From positions 238,873 through 302,872 of the forward strand of contig CAKPAW010000001.1 in NCBI GenBank assembly GCA_934133165.1: a DNA stretch of 64,000 nucleotides. Reading direction: 5' to 3'. A model generated the notes under the pieces. That model searched no databases. It saw nothing but the letters and a program-made list of their open reading frames with translations, and had not been told where the DNA came from. This document shows, in pieces, positions 48,449 to 59,700 of the stretch. Each line of letters opens with the position of its first letter. The first letter of the stretch is position 1. The DNA comes from an uncultured Clostridia bacterium (GTDB taxonomy: Bacteria; Bacillota; Clostridia; TANB77; CAG-508). Made by a program: the position numbers and the translations under genes.

Positions 48449-49372
48449 CTATATATCATCTTCTGTAGCATTTTTAGTGTCTAATTTTTCTAGTTTTTCT
48501 AATTCTTCTAGTTCTTTTAAATGTTCTTTTTCTTCTGGATCTATAGTATTTGATTCTACATTTTTAATAATTTTTACATCTTTAGCATCATATTTCTTAA
48601 AGTAATATTCTCCGTTGTCATCTTTTAGTTTTACTCTTAACTTCTCTTTTAGAGTTTCTACGCCTTCTACTGTACCTTCTCCATCTTCTGTTTTGACAAT
48701 TGCACCTATTTTTGGAAGTCTATTTATTTTTTCCTCATATACTTCTTGTTCATATTTTAGGCAACACATTAATCTACCACAATTTCCAGATATTTTTGAA
48801 GGGTTTAAAGACATGTTTTGTTCTTTTGCCATTTTTATAGAAACTGTTTCAAAATTTCCTAAAAATGAACAACAACATAATTCTCTACCACAAATTCCAT
48901 TTCCGCCAATTCTTTTTACTTCATCTCTAACACCTATTTGACGAAGTTCTATTCTAGTTTTGAATATTGTTGCTAAATCTTTAACTAACTCCCTAAAATC
49001 TATTCTTCCATCTGCTGTAAAATAAAATAACACTTTACTATTATCAAATTTAAATTCTACATCTGTAAGAGTCATATCTAATTTATGTTCTTTTATTTTT
49101 TTGTTACAAATATCAAAAGCTTCTTTTTCCTTTTTCTTATTTTCTTCATTATGCTTTTTATCTTTTTGAGTAGCAATTCTAATTACTTTCTTTAGTGGTT
49201 TCAAAACACCCTCGTCTTCAACCATTCTATTTGCTATTGCCACTTCTCCAAATTCTTGACCTTGTGATGTTTCTACAATTACAAAATCTCTATTATTTAT
49301 TTGTAAATCTCCTGGATCGAAAAAGTAGATTTTACCTGGCTTTTTAAATCTAACGCCTACTATATTTTTCAT
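48449..49372 (-). CDS. yaaT: PSP1-domain protein YaaT/RicT (stage 0 sporulation protein)
   Basis: PSP1 C-terminal cysteine cluster GICGRELCCCSFLG...CGRLMCCLKYE. Confidence 0.85.
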   Translation of the reverse strand: MKNIVGVRFKKPGKIYFFDPGDLQINNRDFVIVETSQGQEFGEVAIANRMVEDEGVLKPLKKVIRIATQKDKKHNEENKKKEKEAFDICNKKIKEHKLDMTLTDVEFKFDNSKVLFYFTADGRIDFRELVKDLATIFKTRIELRQIGVRDEVKRIGGNGICGRELCCCSFLGNFETVSIKMAKEQNMSLNPSKISGNCGRLMCCLKYEQEVYEEKINRLPKIGAIVKTEDGEGTVEGVETLKEKLRVKLKDDNGEYYFKKYDAKDVKIIKNVESNTIDPEEKEHLKELEELEKLEKLDTKNATEDDI

Positions 49373-50246
49373 TTATTTCCTCCCATAATTTCATTAATAA
49401 ATAATCTATACACATATCATAATTACTATTTGCTAGTAGTCTTTTTTTCACTTCTTCTACATATTTAATGCAATTTAATTTCTTCAAATCTTTTTGATTA
49501 TATAAATATACGTTTATATATTCTAGTATTTCCTGTATTTTTTCTCTTTCTTTATATAGAACCTCTGCTTTATTTATTAATGTAGTAAAACTATATCTTT
49601 CTATATTATCTAATAAACTATTTATTTCAGTATATATATCTTTATCTTCTTCTATTTCTAATAACTTTCCAATACTTCCTTCACATATTTTTATAAATTC
49701 TTTTGAAAGATTAAGATTTAACACATTTTTAGCATATTCTTCTAGTTCACTTTCTTCTATTTTTTGAAAAGGTATTTTCATACATCTAGATTTAATAGTG
49801 TTTAGCAATTTGCTTTCATTATAAGTAGTTAATATTATTGTAGCATATTCTGGTGGTTCTTCTAGAGTTTTTAGCAAACAATTTTGAGACTCTTTAGTCA
49901 TGCAATCACTATTTACTATTAAAAATACTTTTTTATTTGAAGCTATTGGTTTTACACTTATTTCTTCTTGCATATTACGTATTTGTTCTATTTTTATAGT
50001 ATTATTTTCTGGCTCTATTTGTAAGAAGTCTGGATGATTATTTGAATCCCATTTTATACAAGACTCACAACTATCTCCTTTTCCATTTAAGCATAATATC
50101 TTTTTAGCAAACTCTCGTGCAAAAAGAGTTTTACCAATGCCATCAATTCCTACAAATAGATAACTATGTGATACATGTTGTTCACCTATTGATTGATTTA
50201 AAAAATCTTTTATTTTATTATTTCCTACAATATTATCAAAACTCAA
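49350..50246 (-). CDS. holB: DNA polymerase III delta-prime subunit
   Basis: HSYLFVGIDGIGKT Walker-like motif and the CxxC zinc module. Confidence 0.85.
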   Translation of the reverse strand: MSFDNIVGNNKIKDFLNQSIGEQHVSHSYLFVGIDGIGKTLFAREFAKKILCLNGKGDSCESCIKWDSNNHPDFLQIEPENNTIKIEQIRNMQEEISVKPIASNKKVFLIVNSDCMTKESQNCLLKTLEEPPEYATIILTTYNESKLLNTIKSRCMKIPFQKIEESELEEYAKNVLNLNLSKEFIKICEGSIGKLLEIEEDKDIYTEINSLLDNIERYSFTTLINKAEVLYKEREKIQEILEYINVYLYNQKDLKKLNCIKYVEEVKKRLLANSNYDMCIDYLLMKLWEEINEKYSRR

Positions 50247-50301
50247 AATTAATACCTCTTATTATCTTCAAGTTGCTTATTTTTATTTATTCTATTTTTA
50301 C

Positions 50302-50928
50302 TTATTTTACTTTTCCAAATAAATCGAATGGCCAAAATCTAATCCATACTTTACTTTCAATTTTTTCAAATGGAATACAACCAAATGCTCTACAATCTCC
50401 ACTATATTCTCTATTGTCTCCTATTGCAAAAACATATCCTTCTGGAACTATAAAGTCTGTTAAATATATACTTTTAGCTTCTGTTACTACATTTTCTTGT
50501 AAATAATCTTCTTTTAATTCTTCACCATTAATATATACTTTTCCATCCATTATTTGTACATGTTCACCTGGAAGTGCTACTACCCTTTTTATATAACTCA
50601 TTTTATTAACTTCTAACACATAATAGCAAAATTTTTCAAATACATTTTGTGGTTCATTATCATATACGGCTTTAACTCCGGTTGCAACAGATTGGCTTGG
50701 AGCTTCAAATGTAATTATATCTCCTCTTTCTGGCGTATCATGAAATGTTCTATATAAACGGTTTAAAACTAGTCTTTGGTTTTGTTTTAGTGTTGGATAC
50801 ATTGAAGATTGTTTTACAACTGTTGGTGTGCCAATAAAATATCTAATTAGCAATGCAAGAGCAACTGCAATTACAATACAATATGTCCATTCTAAAACTT
50901 CCTTTATGACTGCTTTTTTATCTACCAT
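50302..50928 (-). CDS. lepB: signal peptidase I
   Basis: SMYPTL box B and GDNR box E; start at the internal MVDKK with an AGAGGA RBS. Confidence 0.8.
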   Translation of the reverse strand: MVDKKAVIKEVLEWTYCIVIAVALALLIRYFIGTPTVVKQSSMYPTLKQNQRLVLNRLYRTFHDTPERGDIITFEAPSQSVATGVKAVYDNEPQNVFEKFCYYVLEVNKMSYIKRVVALPGEHVQIMDGKVYINGEELKEDYLQENVVTEAKSIYLTDFIVPEGYVFAIGDNREYSGDCRAFGCIPFEKIESKVWIRFWPFDLFGKVK

Positions 50929-51052
50929 TATTAATTCCTCTTTTCTATAAACTAATACATTTATTATATAAGCTTTTAAGCATTTTTTCAACCTTTTTTA
51001 ATATTTTTTCAAAGGACGTTTGGGGATGTGACACTTTTGTCCTTTGATTTTT

Positions 51053-52486
51053 TTATTTAGTTGGAATTCTAATTACAACTTCAGTTCCTTTTCCTTTTTC
51101 GCTCTTTATGTCTATGCTTCCCTTATTTTGATCCAATATTTCTTTTGCAATTGAAAGTCCTAAGCCTGTTCCTCCCATTTCTCTTGTACGTGCTTTATCA
51201 ACTCTATAAAAACGTTCAAAAATTCTGTTTAAATCTTCTTCTGGAATACCTATTCCATTGTCTATTATTTTTATATAAGCATCATTATATACGAAACCTA
51301 CATATATTTTTATATTTCCATTTTCAGGAGTATATTTAATGCTATTCGTCATTATGTTTAAGACTACTCTTTCAATTCCATCTTTATCCGCTTTTACTGG
51401 TGGAACATTTGCAGTTACAAAGCATTCAACTTCATGTCCTTTTTTATTTATTTCTAGTTGCAACTTTTCTTGACATTTCTTTACTAAATCTCCTAAATCA
51501 AATTCAGTAATTTCTTTTTTTACTTTATTATTATCATAACGAGATAATATAAGTAAATCTGTAACTAATTTTGCCATTCTTCTTGCTTCAGAAGCTATTA
51601 CTTTCAAAAATTTATCTTGTGTTTCTTTATCATATTCACCTTCTAACAATGTATCTGCATAACCCATAATTGATGTAATAGGCGTTTTTAATTCATGTGA
51701 TACATCTGCCACAAATTCTTTTCTCATGTTATCTAGTTTTACATGCTCTGTAATATCTTGTATAACGGCAATAACCCCTGCTGCTATTTCTTGTTCATCT
51801 TTAAAAGATGCAAAGAAAATATTTAAATATTTATCTTCCACTTGAACCCTTTGTTCTGATGAAGTCCAATTTTCTAAGTATATTGTTTTTTCCAAATTTA
51901 TATCTATGTTTAATTTACTAAATATTTTATCAAATGTATTTTCATTTTCTGTCAAATTTAATAATTCTGTAGCTGCTGGATTTATGTGCATTATATTTCC
52001 TTCAATGTCAAATGCTATAATTCCATCTGTCATGTGAAGTAGTATTGTTTCTATTTGTCGTTTTTGTCTATTTACTTCTTTTAAATTTTCTCTTAATTCA
52101 TTTGTCATTAAATTGAATGCACCTGTCAAATCATCTACATTTGTTTTTTTACCATTTTCTAATCCTAGACTTTCACCTGCTGCTATCTTTGGTGCACTAT
52201 CTATTAATTTTGCAATTGGGTCTAGTATAACTTTTGCAACGAAAATTCCTATTAATATGGAAATAAAACCATATACAGAAATTAAAATTATTGTAATTAA
52301 TTTTATATTATGTACTTGCGTAGCCATCAATTCTTGATATTTAACTAATTCTTCTTCATTTTGCGCAAGTAAACCTAAATCAATGTTTTGTAAATTATAT
52401 ATAAACGCTATTCCTATTCCACCAATTAATATAATTCCAAGTATACTAAAAATTAATATTATTTTTAATTGTACATTTTTTATCAT
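51053..52486 (-). CDS. sensor histidine kinase (WalK/VicK-like: TM-HAMP-PAS-HisKA-HATPase)
   Basis: H-box EFVADVSHELKTPITSI, N/G1/G2 boxes; start at MIKNVQL with an AAGGAGA RBS. Confidence 0.8.
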   Translation of the reverse strand: MIKNVQLKIILIFSILGIILIGGIGIAFIYNLQNIDLGLLAQNEEELVKYQELMATQVHNIKLITIILISVYGFISILIGIFVAKVILDPIAKLIDSAPKIAAGESLGLENGKKTNVDDLTGAFNLMTNELRENLKEVNRQKRQIETILLHMTDGIIAFDIEGNIMHINPAATELLNLTENENTFDKIFSKLNIDINLEKTIYLENWTSSEQRVQVEDKYLNIFFASFKDEQEIAAGVIAVIQDITEHVKLDNMRKEFVADVSHELKTPITSIMGYADTLLEGEYDKETQDKFLKVIASEARRMAKLVTDLLILSRYDNNKVKKEITEFDLGDLVKKCQEKLQLEINKKGHEVECFVTANVPPVKADKDGIERVVLNIMTNSIKYTPENGNIKIYVGFVYNDAYIKIIDNGIGIPEEDLNRIFERFYRVDKARTREMGGTGLGLSIAKEILDQNKGSIDIKSEKGKGTEVVIRIPTK

Positions 52487-52554
52487 GTTTGTTCTCCTTC
52501 TTATAAAAAATAAATGCACAAAAAGAAATGTTCCTCTTTGTGCATCCTTTTATT

Positions 52555-53286
52555 CTATTTTGATGCTATATAATAGCCTACTCCTCTTTTAGTAATAAGT
52601 ATTTTTGGATTTGAGGTATCTTTTTCTATTTTTTCTCTAATTCTTCTTACTGTAACATCAACTGTACGAATGTCTCCATAGTACTCATAACCCCATACTT
52701 TTTCTAATAAAACCTCTCTTGTAACAACTTGTCCAGGTTGATTCGCTAAATATTTTAGAACTTCAAATTCTCTTAAAGTTAAGTCCATTACTTCTCCTCT
52801 AACTTTAACTTCGAATTTATTTAAGTCTAAACTTAAATCTCCTACAATTATAATATTTGAATCTTCTTTACTATCACTTTCTCCATCTTCTGTAGATACA
52901 TTTGCTAATTCTGCTTTTCTTAAATTTGCTTTAACTCTTGCCATTAATTCTCTAACACTAAATGGCTTTGTAATATAGTCGTCTGCACCTAACTCTAGTC
53001 CTAATATTTTATCTATTTCTTCATCTTTAGCAGATATCATTAAAATAGGAATGTTTAAAGTTTGTCTTATTCTTTTACAAACTGCTAATCCATCCATTTT
53101 AGGTAGCATGATATCTAATAATACTAAATCTGGTTTTTCGTTTAATGCTATTTTTACTGCCTCTTCTCCATCATTTGCTTCTAATGTATTATACCCTTCT
53201 TTTTGTAGATTGTATACAAGCATATCTACTATTGTTTTTTCGTCATCTACAATTAAAATTGTTTTTTTACCTAAATTTTCTTCCAT
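52555..53286 (-). CDS. OmpR-family response regulator (WalR/YycF-like)
   Basis: Receiver domain D-box plus a C-terminal winged helix (RGVGYYI). Confidence 0.85.
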   Translation of the reverse strand: MEENLGKKTILIVDDEKTIVDMLVYNLQKEGYNTLEANDGEEAVKIALNEKPDLVLLDIMLPKMDGLAVCKRIRQTLNIPILMISAKDEEIDKILGLELGADDYITKPFSVRELMARVKANLRKAELANVSTEDGESDSKEDSNIIIVGDLSLDLNKFEVKVRGEVMDLTLREFEVLKYLANQPGQVVTREVLLEKVWGYEYYGDIRTVDVTVRRIREKIEKDTSNPKILITKRGVGYYIASK

Positions 53287-53431
53287 AGAAAAAATCCGCC
53301 TTTCTTTTCTTAAGACATTATTTTACTATATTTATATCATAATCTTTTTGATTGTACAAGTATTTTGCAAAAGTTTTTTATATGAATTATCTACTATTTT
53401 TGGAAATTTCATTATTTGAAAAAATATAAAA

Positions 53432-53460
53432 ATAAAAAGCGACTTTATTATAAGTCGCCT
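53432..53460 (-). terminator. terminator overlapping the stop of the 71-aa membrane protein gene
   Basis: gcgact...agtcgc stem with a T-run on the minus strand. Confidence 0.45.
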
Positions 53461-53663
53461 TTAATGAAGATTTCGCATAAGCCATATAAAATAGCTACTG
53501 CTGCAAACATCCAACCAGTATATGCCCATACTGTTAAGATAGTCATATTCGTAATAGGACAAAGCTTATTTAAGTAAGCAAGTCCAATAATTACTCCTAT
53601 AACTAAAGCAATAAAGCCTTTTCTGATTGCTGTCCGCTGTTTTCTTGTCTTATTTTTCATCAT
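53448..53663 (-). CDS. small membrane protein (71 aa) between the TCS and the giant synthase gene
   Basis: Two TM helices after a basic N-terminus. Confidence 0.4.
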   Translation of the reverse strand: MMKNKTRKQRTAIRKGFIALVIGVIIGLAYLNKLCPITNMTILTVWAYTGWMFAAVAILYGLCEIFIKGDL

Positions 53664-53735
53664 AATGATATCTCCTTTTTACTTGTCAATTTTGAAACTA
53701 CTTATATTTTACCACATTTTTACTATTTTTGCAAA

Positions 53736-56700
53736 TTACATAATTATCTCTATATTATATATGCCTCCATCTTTACTTAATTTAACCTTTTTATCTTCTA
53801 TTACATAACCATTCACAATCATTGTTTCCACTCCTGTATTTTTTCTATTGTAATTTTCAACCTTTATATTGTAAATGCTGTTTCCATATTTATATCTTAT
53901 TTTATACTCTTTCCAGTCAGCTGAAATACATGGATTTATAGATAAATATCCTTTGTTTATAGTTAATCCTAAAATATAGTGAAGTCCCGCTTCATACATC
54001 CATGAACTTGAACCTGTATACCATGTCCATCCACCTCTTCCTGCTAAATTTTTCTGTCCATAAATATCTGCTGCAACTATATAAGGTTCTACTTTATATT
54101 TTGAAGCTGTTTCCTTTGTTCTTGCATGTTCTATTGGATTTATCATTCTAAATAATTCCACTGCTTTATCTCCAAAACCAAGCATCGCTTCTGCAATAAT
54201 TGCCCATATTGCTGCATGTGTGTATTGCCCACCATTTTCTCTTGTTCCTGGAAGATATGCTTTTATATAACCTGGCTCTAATTTAGATTTTTCAAAAGGA
54301 GGATCAAGTAATTTTATTATACCACTTTCTTTATCTACTAAATGATTTTCTAATGATTCCATTGAGATGTATTTTTTGTCATTATCTCCTGCATTTGAAA
54401 TAACAGACCAGCTTTGTGATATTCCGTCTATTTTACATTCTTCATTTTGAATTGTTCCTAAAATATCTCCATTATCTGTGTATGCTCTTCTAAACCATCT
54501 GCCGTCCCATGCATTATTATTTAGTGCTTTCTTTAGATTTTCTACAATTTTTTGATATTTTTGAATTTTATTTTCGAGTTCTACTGTTTCTGAAACACTC
54601 TTTTCGTCTTGTTCATTCTGTTTTTCTAACTCTTCATTTTGAATATCAACCTCTTCCATTATTACATTACTTTCTTTTTCTAACTCTTGTTTCTTCTCTT
54701 CGCAAATTGAAATCCACCTTTGTAAAACATTATATAAGAAGAATCCAAGCCATACACTTTCACCTTTTCCTTTATTTCCTACTTCACTAAATCCATCATT
54801 CCAATCTCCTGAACCTATTTTAGGAAGTCCATTTTCTCCAAAGTTTAAAGACCTTTCTATTGCTCTTTCACAATGCATAAAAATACTTTCTTCTATATTA
54901 CTACTTTCATACCTATCATATCTTTCGTCTGTATTTTCTCCTAAAATTTCTCCTACTATATAGTTCGTTTTTTCTTCTAAAATGCTATAATCTCCTGTAT
55001 TTTCAATATATTCTTCCACCAAATATACTAGCCATAATAAGTCATCTGAAAATTTCGTTCTAATTCCTCTAGAAGTTTCTTCATGCCACCAATGTTCTAC
55101 GTCTCCCTCTATAAATTGATGTTTGCTATGCTTTATAATTTGTTTTTTTATTAATTCTGGAGAAAAATATTTTAAAGCAATTGTATCTTGCAATTGGTCC
55201 CTAAATCCAAATGCTCCACCAGATTGATAGAACCCGCTTCTTGCCTTCAACCTACAAGATATAGTTTGATAAATAAGCCATCCGTTCATTAGTATATTAA
55301 ATGATTCCATTGGTGTTTCCACTTGCATTCTACCTAAAAATTCTTCCCAATACCTTCTTACTTTTTCTAATTCTTCTTCCGCCTTTTCTACTTTACTATA
55401 TTTATAAACTTTATCTTGACAATCTATTAAATTCTGCTCACTACCTAACATGAAAGATATTTTTTTCTTTTCAAAGGATTCTAATTCTACTTCAATTTGA
55501 ATTGCTACAATTCCATCTTTTCCTAAACTATTTTTATTATTTAAACTTACTTTCTTTAGTGCCTCTGGATTTGAAATATTTCCTTTTCCAAAAAAGAATT
55601 TCTTGTCTGCTGTATATGATTTTACTTTTTCATTGCATGACACATAAATAATTTCTTTAAAGTCTGTATTAGTCTTGTTCTCCAATGTTATCATGTTATC
55701 GTTTTCTTTAAATTTTAGATTTATATAATCCTTTGTTTGTAATTTATTTTCACCTAATACCGGTTTTATATAATACACAAAATTCAATTTTTTCTTTTTA
55801 GGAGATAAGTTTTTAAGTTCTAATAAAGAAACTTTTATATTATCTTTTTCTGGCACAAATGTTGTAAGATTTTGTTCTATTTGCATACTTGAATGTCTAT
55901 AATTTGCATAACCAAATCCATATTCTACTTCATATTGTTTTTCATCTGGCATAGGATTTAAAGTTACTGACCAAGTTTTTAGACTTTCTGCATCTTGCAT
56001 ATAAATTACTTCCGAAGGAGTATCTAACACTTGATTATTACTCCATGCAGTTAATTTATTTAATCCACTATTTTTGCTCCAAGTAAATCCTCCTCCTGCT
56101 TCTGTAACTAATGTTCCAAAAGTATCATTTGCCATAACATGACTCCATACTGTAGGAAGCCTATTTTCTTTATCTACTATCATTTTGTATTTATTTCTAT
56201 CTTGTGAAAAACCTCCATATTCGTTGTTATATAAAAGATTTTCTGGTAAGACTATTTTAGTTTTTTCTTCTTCAAAACCTTCAAAGTTTGTTTTTGTTTT
56301 TTCTTCTATTTGTTTTATATTTTCTAAATATTCATCTTCTAAATCTTCTAATTGCCTTGCTACTGGACCTCTTTTTGTATCTATTATAAGGTTTGAGTAA
56401 AATTCTACTACTTCAAAATCTTCATTTTCTAGTACATAAATTCCACCTCTTATGTTTTGTACATAAGATAAATTCAAGTTTATTATTGTATTTTGTATTG
56501 TTTCTTTTGTATATTTTTCGTAACTATTTGGTTCTTCATTTAAAATTACTAAATCTATTTCTACATTTTTTAATCTAAAGAATTCATATGCTTTTAATAT
56601 TTCTTCCAAATTATCTTTTTCATTACTACTACTTATTTTTACAAGTAATATTGGTAAATCTCCTGAAATTCCATATTTCCATAGTTCTTCTTTAGGATAA

Positions 56701-59700
56701 TATTTTTTACTATACTTTTCTTTTGATTGAATAGGATTCTCAAATAAAAGGTATCCTAATATTTTTTGATAAGTTACTATTTGCTTTGCATTTAATCTTA
56801 AATATCTTGCTTCTGTATCTGCTTTTGCAATTGATAATTCAAATGCTTTCTTAATCTCTTCTTCTCTTTGATATTGCTTAATATTTTGTATTACTTCTTC
56901 TCTGCTTTCTGAAGCACAAATTATAAGGCTAAAGTTAGCCATTTGTTCTGGCTCTAAACATATTGTCCTTCTTAATGCTAAAATTGGATCTGTTACCAAA
57001 TCTATTCTTTTAGAAAATGGTTTAGAATTTTTTACCATTGTAGGAATTTCAAAATTATTTCTTCCTACAAATTTCTCTTTGTCTATTTCATATTCTAAAT
57101 CTCCTATTACATTATCATTTGTATATAAAGACACTGCTAAATATAATCCTTTTTCTGTATTTTTCCTGTCTTTTCTTTTTATTATAAAAATGTTTTCATC
57201 TTCTAAATATTCATATATTAAAAATAATTTTTGAAATGCGGGATGTGAATTATATTCTGTTTGTGAGGCAAGTGCTGGTTCTAGTACGCTTGTTATTTCT
57301 ATTGTTTCATTTTCTACTCCATTATTTTGCAACTCTAAATTTCGTATTTCAACTGGCGTTTTTTCATTTGTACTAGCTATTGTTACCTTGCAAGTACTTT
57401 TTATTGCCCCATCAGTTCTTTTTATTTTATCTGAATCTTCTGTAAATACTATTTCGTATTTATCTGCTTTTATATTATCATTTCTATTGTTAATGCTCCA
57501 AATTCTTTTATTTTTAATATTTTTCAGATAGAATAAAATTCCTTGTTCTTCTGTTTCATCTTCTGTTACATTATATTTATTTATTAAATAATTTTTATAT
57601 TTACTATAACCTTTTCCTTTTACATCCATTACTACACTATAATTATCATTAGATATTATATTGCAAATTGGAAGTGCTTCTTTTGTTTTTGTAAACACCC
57701 TTTGTGCATAGTTTTCGTAGTCTTGGTAAGTTATTTTTACTGGTTTTATTTTTTCTTCTTTTGTTATAATTCTGTTTTCTGGCATTACTTCTTGAAGTAA
57801 AATTGATGTTGCTTCTATTTCTGGATTTTCCATAAATCTTTTTTGTAAAATATTATCGTTAAAAAAATTGTTAATTGATAATAAGATAAGTGCCTGATGA
57901 TGTGCCATATAGGTTTTTATAGGCATTTGCTTTTTTCCTTTTGGCATACGTATAGGCGTATAGTCCATAGATTCATAAAATCCATACTTGTTGTATATTC
58001 CTTGTTTTTCTAGTTCTCTTAAGTTTGCTATTACTTCTTTTGGATCTATTAAAAGTGCCATAAAAGAAGCATAACTTGCAACTACCATGTCTTCCTCTAA
58101 TCCTCTTTTTAGTCCAAGCCACGGAATTCCTATCGCCTTATATTGATAGTTGTTATTCAAGTCTTTTAAATAATATGCTGTTTCAGAAAATCCCCAAGGT
58201 ATTCCTAATTTTTTTGCATATTCTTTTTGGCTCATTAGCATAAATTTTATAGATTCATCTAATAAACTTCCTTCTTCTTGCTTTATTATTACATTTGGCA
58301 TTAAATACTCAAATGCTGTTCCAGACCAAGAAATCAATCCATTATATCCATTTATAGCTGTCATTGTTCTACTTAAATGTCCCCAATGCTTTGATGGAAT
58401 ATCTTTTTTGCTTATTGCAACAAAGCTTGCACTCCTTGCTTCAGAAGCCAACAAATCATAATAAGAATCTGTTAATTTATTCTCTTCTATATTAAATCCA
58501 ATAGAAAACAGACCTTTTTCTTCATCATAAAGCTTTGAAAAATCTGCATTTGCTATAGGTATATCTTCTACTTTTTTGTTCGCCCAATCAGGAATAAAAT
58601 TTAATAATTTTTCTTTTGTTTCTACATCTAATTCTATTTGTCCAGTTTCAATTTTTTCTTTTATGTCTTTGTAAAATTGTTTTAAAACATATACATAACC
58701 CACAAAATTTCCACTATCTACTGTTGATATATAACGTGGAATTAATGGTTCTAAAGTTTTTATATTGTACCAGTTATATAAATGACCATTCCATTTTGGA
58801 AGTTCATTTACTGTTCCTAACATATTATTCAATAATTCTAATGTGCTTTCTAATGTTTCATAACCTAAATCATAACTAGAAATTATACTTAGAAATCCAA
58901 GTCCAATATTTGTAGATGATGTTCTATCTACAAAATAAGGAGTTCTATCCTCTTGGTAATTGTCTGGTGGTAAATAGTTATTTTCTTTAGTTATACTCTC
59001 TTTAAAAAATAGCCATGTTTTTTCGCCTATACTATTTAAATATTCTTTTTCTTTATTTGTAACTTTATTAATTGCTTGTTGTTTTTCCTCTTTTTTGCTT
59101 ATATACCAAAATGCAAATGGTGCAATTAACCATAATAAAGATAATATAAACAAAAATATATACATTGTTTCTTTTTTATTTGCAATAGAATAAATTACTC
59201 CCACTACACCAAAAACTACATTTGCAAACATACTCTTGTAATATGAAATCAAATTATTTTTAGCTAATTTTTCCGCATCTTCTGAAGTAGTCCATTCTAG
59301 CAAATGTTTTTTAGAAATCTTTTTTCTATAAATAGTTCTTATAATAGCATCAAGTGAAAAATATGCTTTATCTGGCAAAGAAATTAAACTTAATACTCCT
59401 CTTATAAAACTTGCAAATAAAGAATATATTCTAGGACTAAATGACTTTGTGTGCATTTGTCCTTCTTTTTTATAAATAATTCTATTGGCAATATCTAATA
59501 TTAATGGAAACATTGCCCATATTACAATAAACCAAGCAAATACACCTACTTTAAAATTTAAAAATAACTTTGTTGTAAATAGTATAATTAAGCTTAACAT
59601 TGAAAATACAGGAGTTAAAGCTCTTATCAAATTGTCTATTATTTTGTATCTAGATAATGTATTTAAAGGATTATTTTTTTCTCTCAATTTTTTATCTATT